64,000 bases of DNA. Origin: a virus. Within the stretch, counting starts at the first letter, position 1. The number at the start of each line of letters is the position of its first letter. Shown piece by piece: positions 17,901 through 26,079 of this stretch. The stretch lies in the UHGV virus genome UHGV-1375844, one strand, 5' to 3'. Made by a program: the position numbers and the translations under genes. The notes under the pieces are model-generated. The model was not told where the DNA came from. It saw only the letters and a list, made by a program, of their open reading frames with translations, and ran no database searches.

Positions 17901-19166
17901 TGCCGAAGTCGAGGCCTCGGACGCTTTTGCTGTCGCGAGTGTGGCCGACTCAGCGGCTTCTGTTGCCTTTGCTTCAATACCTGCCAGCGCGTCAGTTGCG
18001 GTGGTCGCAGATGCGGCTGCGCTTGCCTCAGACTTCTTCGCTTCGCCAGCACTTGATGCAGCTGCATCTTTGCTGGCCTCTGCCGCATCAGCATATTCGC
18101 CAGCTGTAGTGGCGCTCCCCGCCGCCGCGTCAGCGCTTAAACCGGCAGCCACTTTACTCGCGGCGGCGGCTGTTTCCGAGGCGGCAGCGTTGGTTTCAGA
18201 CACTTTAGCCGCGGCAGCGCTGGCGGCCGACCCGTCGGCGCTCTGCGCCGCGTTTGTTTCAGATGTTTTGGCTGCGTTCTGAGATGCAAGTGCGGCAGCT
18301 GCACTACCCGCTGCTGCGTTTTCCGATGCGGCGGCATTGCTCTCAGAAACTTCAGCAGCCGCAGCGGAATTAGATGCTGCGGTCGCAGAATCCGCAGCAG
18401 AGACAGCGCTGCCAGCAGCGTTAGTTTCTGAGGCTTTCGCGGCATTTTTGGACGCTGCGGCACTCGAAGCAGATGCCCCTGCTTCGGCGGCTTTCTCCGT
18501 TGCGGTGGCAGCTGAAGCTACAGCAGTCTCTTTATAGCTTTCTGCATTCGTTTCGGAGGTCTTTGCACCCTTAGCGGCTTCGCTGGCAACGCTTTCGGAT
18601 GCAGCAGCTGCGGCAGCACTTTTACTGGCCTCAGTCGCCTTTGTTCCGGCAGTGCTTGCGCTATTGGCAGCTGCTGCTGCGCTGGCGGCTGCCTGTTTAG
18701 CTTTGTCACCCGCGGCATCGATTGCATCCGTATTGTCTCTGTACCATTGCTGGTTGGCATTGTGCTCATTGACGATTTGGGTGAGCGATTTGACTGTCAC
18801 CTCAGTGCCGTCCTCGCGTTCGAGTGTCACTTCATCAATGGCAGTTAACCAGCTTCGCATTGTCTTCGAGTCGGCTGACATTCGAGTCATCAATGCCGTG
18901 AAGCGAGCACTGAACTGTGTCAGATCGCCTTCATAGGTAGTGATGATGCGGCATGGGACATCATTCTGGGTCTCACCCGAGTACTGCTCCATAAGTGTCA
19001 GGCGGGTGTCATTTAGCACACGCTTAATTTCGTACAGCTTGTTATCGGGGCCGATGACAATCATGCCCGGCAACACGCCATTGGCAGTGACGTTCCAAAA
19101 CGTGCCAGTGCCCTCAAGCGTGTCACTTCCCTGTGTAAATGTGATAGTACCTTCCCTGTACCACAT
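14967..19166 (-). CDS. lateral (L-shaped-type) tail fibre with C-terminal intramolecular chaperone domain
   Basis: 1399 aa; C-terminal DVYIRSDRRSKRNIRKIE matches the self-cleaving chaperone signature of tail fibres/endosialidases; Ala-rich region; repeated FDGS.DIN units. Confidence 0.75.
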   Translation of the reverse strand: MWYREGTITFTQGSDTLEGTGTFWNVTANGVLPGMIVIGPDNKLYEIKRVLNDTRLTLMEQYSGETQNDVPCRIITTYEGDLTQFSARFTALMTRMSADSKTMRSWLTAIDEVTLEREDGTEVTVKSLTQIVNEHNANQQWYRDNTDAIDAAGDKAKQAAASAAAAANSASTAGTKATEASKSAAAAAASESVASEAAKGAKTSETNAESYKETAVASAATATEKAAEAGASASSAAASKNAAKASETNAAGSAVSAADSATAASNSAAAAEVSESNAAASENAAAGSAAAALASQNAAKTSETNAAQSADGSAASAAAAKVSETNAAASETAAAASKVAAGLSADAAAGSATTAGEYADAAEASKDAAASSAGEAKKSEASAAASATTATDALAGIEAKATEAAESATLATAKASEASTSAAEAKASQTKAKASEDKAYEYAQNAQSSIASVKWKGTSAELDLTSDTPKWVKVSRARMPQATSTVYIEVIGGAGYDTDSPGQAAMADIVLRTAGGDPKGLNAVAYLTQDSAVNSVATVNTDEENYDIYLRVGAGAQKLIVNLQFSGAAVESLEVIESVDSLPEGAVEGTVYHRVLSDINGAITGSLVGNASTATVLQTGRRIGGVLFDGSQDINLPGVNAEGNQSTSGNAGTASKLRTPRKIGGVNFDGSADINLPGVNTQGNQSTTGNAATATKLQTARKIAGVNFDGSSDINISPANINAAAAVSGWLNSGSGAAFTTAQFVTWLNEQGAFGYKCWIARCSWSYASNNYIDDTGCGRIDLSGSVIEVFSNGNSGNYTIRITTPTTTGHGGVTNAEFIYVNNGDGYGPGWRRLYNTRNKPTPADIGALASGANAVSASKLQTARSINNVAFDGTANISIPTLVSRGRVTALAGSTQGAMPGIQMYEAYNNGYPTTYGNVLHFKGGSAAGEGELLLGWSGTSGGHAPAYIRSRRDTTDANWSGWAQIYTTANKPSAAEVGALPTGGGAVTGTINQDGGAQGTYMATALCGGTTGGKKYLRKYRGGSSDTIWHETVQGGTIRWATGNTDAQEELIINTGYGVRARNEITSLSANALRAAYGNFGFFIRNDGSSTYFLLTASGDKFGGWNGLRPLTINNTSGRASMANGLDIAGGATIAGSLGLGVTNGLGGNSIVLGDNDTGFKQNGDGVLDVYANSAHVFRFVNGTLQSNKPLSVSGDITSSAWVYAGRFAINSGSGSWINMRDQNVIFGRNAVSTSSAQALLRQDHADRKFFVGGLGNSQFGFYMINNSRTANGTDAQAYLQNDGTWVCGGNGSFNDVYIRSDRRSKRNIRKIESALDKLGQIEGVLYEIQVHDRYEQSGGLIAQDVQKVQPELVTVDKNDQSGEERLRLNYNGVIGLLVEAVKELRDEIREIKENR

Positions 19167-19203
19167 ATTCGCTCCTTGAAAGGACGGGCATCCTTGCCCG
19201 TCA

Positions 19204-19223
19204 TTAAGTAAGTACCTACTTAT
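19204..19223. promoter_or_regulatory. motif A palindrome copy
   Basis: TTAAGTAAGTACCTACTTAT between J-like stop and fibre start. Confidence 0.45.
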
Positions 19224-19253
19224 TTTTACCGATATAAAGAAATATTTCTACTA

Positions 19254-22200
19254 TCAAAGCAAGCCAATGCGCACCCGGAGAACATTGTTGTCATCATAAA
19301 CATCAATGCGCTGACCATTAATGACCAAACGACCGTTGCCACCGCTGTTGCCGTTAATCTCCAGAACTCCGTTTTTGCCAAACCGCCACCCAGAGCGCCC
19401 GGAAACAAAATTCGTAGACTGGAGATCGCCCACTTTGGCATTGGTAATCGTGCCATCCTTGATATAGGCGCCATTCATGTAAGCAATGCTGTTTTCAACC
19501 ACGAACGGCGTTGTAACCTTCCCGTTCACTGAGTTCACCAATCCAAAACGGTCGGCTTGAACAAGGAATTGAGACAGGCCAGTGCTGTCGATCCCCAGCG
19601 CGATGCCGGCAACATACTTCTGCCCGCCGCTGGTGGATGTCTCCATCTTAAGTGTCCAAGCTGTAGAGACCTTTTTATTGGTATCTGCAATAGCTGTCGC
19701 CTGTTGCCTAATCGTTGCAGAGTTACCGTCAACAGAGGCTTTTAGCGTGTCGATACGTGACCCCAACGCCCCATCAGCATTAGCCCTGGCGTTCGCCTCG
19801 GACGTAATCGCTGCATTAATGTCCTTGCCAGTCTGGGCTTTCAGGCTTGTGATCTGCCCGGCCAGCGCCGAATCGGCATCAGTACGAGCTTTAGTCTCAG
19901 TAGCAACCGCTGCTTTGATGTCCTGTGCAGTCTGGGCCTTTAACGTGCTGATCTGGGTTGCCAGTGCGCTATCCGCGTCAGTACGCGCTTTCGTTTCACT
20001 GGCAACTGCCGCCTTAATATCCTCCCCCGTCTGAGCCTTGAGGCTGGTAATTTGTTTGGATAATGCCTCATCCCCTGAAGCTCGTGCGGTCTGCTCTTCC
20101 GTAAGAGCCGCACTAATGTCACCTTCTACCTTCGCCTGCAGTGACGTAATCTGCCTGGAAAGCGATTCATCCGCAGTCGCTCGGGCCTCCTGCTCAGAAA
20201 CAATGGCCGCAGAAATATCATCATTGATCTGGGCTTCCAGCTTGGTGATTTGTGTTGCGATCGCCTTATCAGCTTCAACACGAGCTGTCGTCTCTTCGGT
20301 AATAGATGCCCGGATGTCCTCACCAATCTCTGCGCGGATCTCTTCCACTTTGGAGGCCATCGCAGACATATCGTCAGCAAAGGTCTTTTGAGTGGTGGCG
20401 ATCTTCGCATTATTGACCATCTGCTTATGCTGGTCTTCGTCCTGTCGCAGTGCGAGGTCGATGTTGGTTTTGGCCAATGCCTCGATATTAGTCGTCACTT
20501 CCGCGCTGGCACGTTCGACTTCGGCAACGGTCTTTTTCATCTCTTCGACAGCGGCTACGCTATCATCGACAGAAGACTTAATCGCCTCGATCTGTTTGGC
20601 GTTCGCCTTGTCACCCTCTACTCTGGCCTCTCGCTCTTCAGCAATTAAGGCAGATGAATTGTCCAGGGCCGCTTGAGCCGCTTCAACCGCGCCGGCCACT
20701 GCTTTGCCCTGTTCAGACACAGTCTCCTGCAATTCAACCAGGGCGGCGTTTGAGTCTTCGACTTGACTCAGCGCCTCGTTAACCTTATCGAGCGTGCCAG
20801 ACACCTCTGTTTTCAGGTCATTCTGGGCCTGCTCAAGTCTGTCGCTGGTCTCTGACAGCTTCCCGTCCAGATCGGAAACAGACTGGTCGAGTTCTTTGAG
20901 GCTTTCCTCCATCTGCTTATTGATAGCGTCAACGGCTTCTTGAGAGGCTTTGGTGTCAATTTCCTCCAACAGTTCCTGCCCCAGCTCAGAAGACGTGATC
21001 TTACCTGTCAGGAAAGAAAGCACGTCTTTCGTCATAGCCTCTGTACCCAGATTAGAGTTAGGCGGACTTAACATGCCTCGTTTATTGGCTGCACGTACCC
21101 AATAGAACCAGGTCTCGCTATCCCCTAAACCCGCATGGGTAAAGGTCGTGCTGGCCGACTCAGCGATCAGCTTGGCTGTGTCCAGATTGTTAGTCTGGGA
21201 TGCATATACGTTGATATGGTCGAGGTCGATTGAGTCTGGGTTTACCCAATTCAAAATCACATTTCGGTAGTCGCCAACGGCCGTCAAAGCAGTCGGGGCG
21301 TCAGGCGGAGTCATCGTTCCCTGCACTTTGTATACGGTGCTGATAATCTCCGTCTTCTTACCGCTAAACGACACTGCGTACAGCTGGATGTCGTACTGCC
21401 CGTTTTCAGCAATATTGATGATCTCATATTGCTCTTCCGTTACGCGTGCCGACTGCCAGTTAGAAACGTTGTTAGCATCAGAACGTCGCCAGCTGATCCA
21501 GTATTCAGCAGATTTACCTTCCCACGTAGCAATGAGCTTGATTGAAAGGTTGCCCGGGCTGGAAATATACGTCCCTTCCGTAACCTGCAAATTTGTCGGC
21601 TTCGAGAAAGTCGGGTCAAGAACAGTATTGTTTTCCGGAATCAACGTCGCCCCGTTGTCGATGGCTTCGTATTTCGATGGGTTGTTCTGGACAACCGTAA
21701 CATCGAAAGATCCCTGGGCATCACCTTGCGCAACGTTAATAACACGCACACGCATTGGCTCCAGATCTGGCTCGGTGATAGTCCAGACGCCGTTCAACAC
21801 AGGCATATCGCCTGACGACAGCGATTTTGAGAAGGTAACTTTGGTAAGGTTCTCACCGGTCTCAAGAATGTCTCTCTCGACGATTTTACCTTCCTGATTC
21901 ATGACACGGATGTAGCTGCCGCCTTTCTTCAGCGTTACCGGCGCATCGAGCGTGATGCTGTTCTTGTTGAACGCCATAATGCGCCCGGAATTGCGTTTGC
22001 CGGCGCGATATTTGTTCTGAATCAGAACAGTCTCGCCAGGCATTAAGAAAGAGGCATCCAGACCTGCAGTAAAGGTGATTACGTCAGATTCCATGCGAGC
22101 GGTATACAGGAGCCACAGCCCGACTCGATGCGCCTGGCCACGACTGGTGCAGCCAAACGCCACGACTTCAGTTTTGCGCTCGCCATAGCGACGCATCGCC

Positions 22201-23537
22201 TCCTGGTCTTCAACGTATTCGATGTTCTGCTTATAGCCATCTTCCTTGTTGTTGTAGGTTACAAGTGCAACGGAAGGACGGTCTTTGCGAGCAGATCCTT
22301 TGTAGCTGAATAAACCATCTTTGACGTTGGCATTAGTGAACATCATTACCGGATCAGATGGGCTATCCTGCATGACATTAACCATACCACCAGCCCAGAA
22401 AACCATACCGCGGAACGCTCCAGCGATGTCCTGAATCAGTCGGTAAGCGTCCTGTCGGCTCGTGATCTGAGTGTTGATAGCGAAGCGTTTTTCTTTACCG
22501 CCGAAACCATCGTCGATCTCTTCATCGCAATAGCGGCCAATTTGGTAGAGCTGCCCCAGGTCGATCATGGATTCGGAAACGAACTGCCCGAGGCCGTAAC
22601 GTGCGTTTGTCAGTACGTCGAAAAGAATCCACGCCGGGTTCGAAGATGACAACAGCTTAAAGGTGCCATCCCAGATGCCTTCATAGGTGTTAGTTTTTTC
22701 GTTGTAGTTTGACGGCACACGAATTTTTAAACCGCGAACCAGATACGAACGAGAAGGCATAGAACTACCAAACTGCTCGGAGTTAACCTTAAGCCCCACC
22801 AGAGCGGAGTTCGGGTAGTTCATTGGCGTATCAACGATCTCACCGATCGAGTCAACCCAGGTGTCGTTATACAGATACTGAGTTTTACTGTCGTCAGTAA
22901 GCCGGATGACGCGAACCTTATATGCCCGGCCAGGTTTCGGCAGCTTCAGCTCATAGCTGCGGTAGTAAACGCCTGTTTTCTTCGCTGTCAGCGCGATCTC
23001 AACGTTTTTCTCTCCTTCGGCAACCACGTCAGAGAATGTTCCGTCGCCGTTGGCGATCTGAAACTTGTACTGGACGGTCGTACCATTGGTATCCCCGGAT
23101 TTTTTATCCACGCTACGCAATGAAGGAAACTTGAGGATGACGCGAACGCGATCGGCTTCGTCGTTGTCGATGGAGACCGTAACGTCATGCGTTTTTTTCA
23201 ACTGAATGTTGATGGACTTCGGCGTCTCGACGAAATCAAAACCGGCCATAGGCGTCTGGTCTTGCGAGCCATCGCGAAAATCCCATGTAATGCCGCTGTA
23301 GTTTGCAGAGCCGTCTTCGTTGAGGATCGGCAGATCGTCGATAAAAATCGACTTCGCGCCATCTACCAAGCCACCAATAACACCTTCCCCGAGCAGATCG
23401 AGGATGGATGCCATAGCACGCGAGTTAACGGTATCATCCGCTTCAACCGGTGTGCGGCTTGAGCCACTGCTTTTCTTACCGCCTGCACCTGCGATCAGGA
23501 GAGGAAGTCTTTTCTTCTTGAACTGTTCCATGTTCAA
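19254..23537 (-). CDS. J: tail tip / host-specificity protein, lambda J-like
   Basis: 1427 aa; N-terminus aligns by eye with lambda gpJ (LLGEGVIGGLVDGAKSIFIDD vs gpJ ISEGPIEGPVDG); follows I/K/L/M-like genes. Confidence 0.85.
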   Translation of the reverse strand: MNMEQFKKKRLPLLIAGAGGKKSSGSSRTPVEADDTVNSRAMASILDLLGEGVIGGLVDGAKSIFIDDLPILNEDGSANYSGITWDFRDGSQDQTPMAGFDFVETPKSINIQLKKTHDVTVSIDNDEADRVRVILKFPSLRSVDKKSGDTNGTTVQYKFQIANGDGTFSDVVAEGEKNVEIALTAKKTGVYYRSYELKLPKPGRAYKVRVIRLTDDSKTQYLYNDTWVDSIGEIVDTPMNYPNSALVGLKVNSEQFGSSMPSRSYLVRGLKIRVPSNYNEKTNTYEGIWDGTFKLLSSSNPAWILFDVLTNARYGLGQFVSESMIDLGQLYQIGRYCDEEIDDGFGGKEKRFAINTQITSRQDAYRLIQDIAGAFRGMVFWAGGMVNVMQDSPSDPVMMFTNANVKDGLFSYKGSARKDRPSVALVTYNNKEDGYKQNIEYVEDQEAMRRYGERKTEVVAFGCTSRGQAHRVGLWLLYTARMESDVITFTAGLDASFLMPGETVLIQNKYRAGKRNSGRIMAFNKNSITLDAPVTLKKGGSYIRVMNQEGKIVERDILETGENLTKVTFSKSLSSGDMPVLNGVWTITEPDLEPMRVRVINVAQGDAQGSFDVTVVQNNPSKYEAIDNGATLIPENNTVLDPTFSKPTNLQVTEGTYISSPGNLSIKLIATWEGKSAEYWISWRRSDANNVSNWQSARVTEEQYEIINIAENGQYDIQLYAVSFSGKKTEIISTVYKVQGTMTPPDAPTALTAVGDYRNVILNWVNPDSIDLDHINVYASQTNNLDTAKLIAESASTTFTHAGLGDSETWFYWVRAANKRGMLSPPNSNLGTEAMTKDVLSFLTGKITSSELGQELLEEIDTKASQEAVDAINKQMEESLKELDQSVSDLDGKLSETSDRLEQAQNDLKTEVSGTLDKVNEALSQVEDSNAALVELQETVSEQGKAVAGAVEAAQAALDNSSALIAEEREARVEGDKANAKQIEAIKSSVDDSVAAVEEMKKTVAEVERASAEVTTNIEALAKTNIDLALRQDEDQHKQMVNNAKIATTQKTFADDMSAMASKVEEIRAEIGEDIRASITEETTARVEADKAIATQITKLEAQINDDISAAIVSEQEARATADESLSRQITSLQAKVEGDISAALTEEQTARASGDEALSKQITSLKAQTGEDIKAAVASETKARTDADSALATQISTLKAQTAQDIKAAVATETKARTDADSALAGQITSLKAQTGKDINAAITSEANARANADGALGSRIDTLKASVDGNSATIRQQATAIADTNKKVSTAWTLKMETSTSGGQKYVAGIALGIDSTGLSQFLVQADRFGLVNSVNGKVTTPFVVENSIAYMNGAYIKDGTITNAKVGDLQSTNFVSGRSGWRFGKNGVLEINGNSGGNGRLVINGQRIDVYDDNNVLRVRIGLL
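19700..20350 (-). repeat. tandem ~81-bp (27-aa) coding repeats inside J-like gene
   Basis: About 7 units of E.ARTDADSAL..QITSLKAQTG.DIKAAV; boundaries approximate. Confidence 0.6.
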
Positions 23538-23547
23538 AAATCCCTTA

Positions 23548-24138
23548 TTACATAAGCTGGTCGATAGTGATTGAAGAACTCACAACCTGCGAACCAACCA
23601 AAATTTCTTCTCCGTAGATGAGCTGCACCGGATTGCCCTGATTGGTGGTGTTTTGCGGCCCATCGAAATAAAACGAGTTGGAATTGTCTGCCTGCCGAAC
23701 GCTATCGTTCGTAGCCTGTGGGGAGATCAGCTGCGCCACCCCCCCCATCATCAGAGACAATCCCAACGGTGCTAGGGCGGGAACCCAGATTGAGGCAACT
23801 AGCAGGACTGCGCCGACAACGGTCTGAAACCACCCAAATGCAGAGCCGCCGCTACCGCGAGGAACTGGCGTGATGCGGATCTTCGCGATGTTTTCAGACT
23901 GCCCCATCATCTGGTACTCACCTTCGTCGACAGACCATTTGTGGCCTTGTTTGTTGGTGATCTGGATGTGGTAACTGTCATATCGTTTAATGTTGCGCTT
24001 CATCCAGGCTTTAAATCCCGGTCGGTTTGCGTCGATTAAATCCAGCGCCTGCTTGGTATTACGCACCTTCAAATGCCAGTGGCGGCCAAAGTGTTTGGCC
24101 ATCGGGCCGCCAAGTTGAACATGAACTAACTCAGACAC
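23548..24138 (-). CDS. I: tail assembly protein, lambda I-like
   Basis: 196 aa, position between K-like and J-like genes. Confidence 0.65.
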   Translation of the reverse strand: MSELVHVQLGGPMAKHFGRHWHLKVRNTKQALDLIDANRPGFKAWMKRNIKRYDSYHIQITNKQGHKWSVDEGEYQMMGQSENIAKIRITPVPRGSGGSAFGWFQTVVGAVLLVASIWVPALAPLGLSLMMGGVAQLISPQATNDSVRQADNSNSFYFDGPQNTTNQGNPVQLIYGEEILVGSQVVSSSITIDQLM

Positions 24139-24923
24139 GTCTCATCTCCCTTGAGTAAGTCTCTATGACGCAGGTGATGCGTCGTATGTTTCTGGTACAT
24201 TCCTCCGTAATAAGCCCGGCAGCTAAGACGGTCGATTTGGTGATGGAGAATCATTCCCTCTCCGATATAGACCGCGCAGTGATCAGGCATCTTCCCGTAC
24301 TGGATGAAGAAGATGTCTCCTGGCTGTGGTTCCGTCCCTGGTGCCAGGCGCACTAACCCTTCTTTGCGATAGTTCTGATCAAGAATGTCGTTGTCGCCCG
24401 TGTACCACGATGGAATGTGCAAATGAGCATTGGGGTTAAGGTCGACGCCGAACTCGCGCTTAAGGTAGTCGCGGCACAACATCCAGCAATCGAAAACGCC
24501 AAACACATACGGCCGGCCTACATAGGGCATTTCGAAGCCATCCGGGGTGATCACGTTCATCTCGCTAAAGTGGAAAGAAGCATCCCCCTCAACATTCTTG
24601 CGAACAGCCAGAATCATCCACGGTACCTCCGTGGCTTCGCAGCCTGCACGATCGGCATCTGACGCTTCCGCAGACTCATCAGTATGTGAATGCCAGATAG
24701 CAATCACCTCGCCTGCATCTTCTGCGGCCATGATGTCGTCGACGTGCATAACGAAAGTGTTTTGCGGGTTTTCCGACACGTTCCGAGCTTCCATAAAGCG
24801 ATATTTATCGCCATGAGTACGCACCAGAAAGCCACACGCTTCGTTAGGGTAGCGATTGATGGCGCAGAGATAGATTTGCTGCATAACGTCCGAACCAAGT
24901 TCAGGGAGCGCTTTATTACCCAT
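24126..24923 (-). CDS. K: tail protein, lambda K-like (MPN/JAMM + NlpC/P60)
   Basis: JAMM motif HSH-x7-S-x2-D (HSHTDESAEASDAD); C-terminal Cys/His hydrolase-like region. Confidence 0.75.
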   Translation of the reverse strand: MGNKALPELGSDVMQQIYLCAINRYPNEACGFLVRTHGDKYRFMEARNVSENPQNTFVMHVDDIMAAEDAGEVIAIWHSHTDESAEASDADRAGCEATEVPWMILAVRKNVEGDASFHFSEMNVITPDGFEMPYVGRPYVFGVFDCWMLCRDYLKREFGVDLNPNAHLHIPSWYTGDNDILDQNYRKEGLVRLAPGTEPQPGDIFFIQYGKMPDHCAVYIGEGMILHHQIDRLSCRAYYGGMYQKHTTHHLRHRDLLKGDETCLS

Positions 24924-25647
24924 AACGCGTTGCTCCTATAAACCCGCCAAAATGGATAACGCCATTGGCGAAGAAATTTCGACGAGCGTTGCATGAGTCG
25001 TAGCGTTTCGTGCAGTAATCCGCGCCTGACATCGTGGTTTGCTGGTTGTTCTTGTCGAAGTACGGACCGGTGTAGCCGCATTCGGGGCCACGGTACTTCC
25101 ACGGACAGGTATTTTTGATAATCTGGCGATACGGCAGCTGCACGCCCATTAGATCGAACACACTGGACAACTCGAACTCGACAACCTCATGTGTTTCGAG
25201 AGTTTTTTGTTCGATAAACCACATTTCATCCGGGAAATGCTGGTTTGGATCGGCGGTGGGATTGCCGTCTTTGAAGTTGGCCGCATCGAGGAAACGGGCC
25301 AGCGTCATCTTGCGAATTACACGACACCCAACCAGATCATCATTGGCCTGGACTTCAGCCGAGACGGTTCCTGCAAAGTTGGAAACCTGAATTTTTGGAC
25401 GCGGCAAAGTACCCTGACCAGTCTTATCAAAGCCTGATGCTTTGATTGGCCACGGTTCATAGGTCACCCCCTGCCAAACGACTGGCTCCATCAGTTCGTT
25501 CGTGCCGGCGTGAAAATACAGCTTGCCCCCAGAAGTGGTGTTCGACATATCCAGCTCGAACAGCTCAATGAGCGCGGAGGGTGACAAGCTTTGAATATCA
25601 GCTTTAATACCCATTGTTTCATCCTTGAAATTAACAGGCGCCAACAT
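24916..25647 (-). CDS. L: tail tip protein, lambda L-like
   Basis: 243 aa with C-terminal conserved Cys cluster; synteny. Confidence 0.7.
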   Translation of the reverse strand: MLAPVNFKDETMGIKADIQSLSPSALIELFELDMSNTTSGGKLYFHAGTNELMEPVVWQGVTYEPWPIKASGFDKTGQGTLPRPKIQVSNFAGTVSAEVQANDDLVGCRVIRKMTLARFLDAANFKDGNPTADPNQHFPDEMWFIEQKTLETHEVVEFELSSVFDLMGVQLPYRQIIKNTCPWKYRGPECGYTGPYFDKNNQQTTMSGADYCTKRYDSCNARRNFFANGVIHFGGFIGATRYG

Positions 25648-25671
25648 CCTGTCAGCGCCTACAAATAATAG

Positions 25672-25690
25672 TAAATAAGCACTTACTTAT
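25672..25690. promoter_or_regulatory. motif A palindrome copy
   Basis: TAAATAAGCACTTACTTAT between M-like and L-like genes. Confidence 0.45.
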
Positions 25691-25703
25691 CCAGTAGGAT
25701 AAA

Positions 25704-26075
25704 TCAACCCTCAAACACTTGTCTGAACGTAGCTGTGAGTAAGAGATGCCCCTGATAGCGTTTCACCGTGTGGCTGTCGCACACCACAATGATTTTCTTG
25801 CCTCTCGGGTTCGTCCAATAAAATGACTCGACCGCGGCCCGCTCTGTCAGGAAATCGTCAATGGCGTTAATCACATCATGTGTTCTTGTGAAGGTTAGAG
25901 ACCACTCTTCTTTAATGCGATTAAGCCCTTTGCTCTGGCGCTGCTCATAATCGTCGCCAAAATTTAAAACTGTCACATTCGGTTTGACGGTTTTTTCAGA
26001 CTCGTAATCCGGGTACCAAGTGAAGGTTTTTCTTTCCATTTCACGTCCTTGTGATGCTGCCCGCCAGGGCAGCAA
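25704..26075 (-). CDS. M: minor tail protein, lambda M-like
   Basis: 123 aa; immediately downstream of tape measure. Confidence 0.6.
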   Translation of the reverse strand: MLPWRAASQGREMERKTFTWYPDYESEKTVKPNVTVLNFGDDYEQRQSKGLNRIKEEWSLTFTRTHDVINAIDDFLTERAAVESFYWTNPRGKKIIVVCDSHTVKRYQGHLLLTATFRQVFEG

Positions 26076-26079
26076 TTGG

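Noticed and set aside
17713-18769. Cluster of Ala/Arg/Leu-rich ORFs on both strands (17713..18282, 17807..18094, 18137..18463 and others)
   Set aside because: Artefacts of the GC- and Ala-rich repetitive segment of the tail fibre gene; frames are open only because of codon bias.
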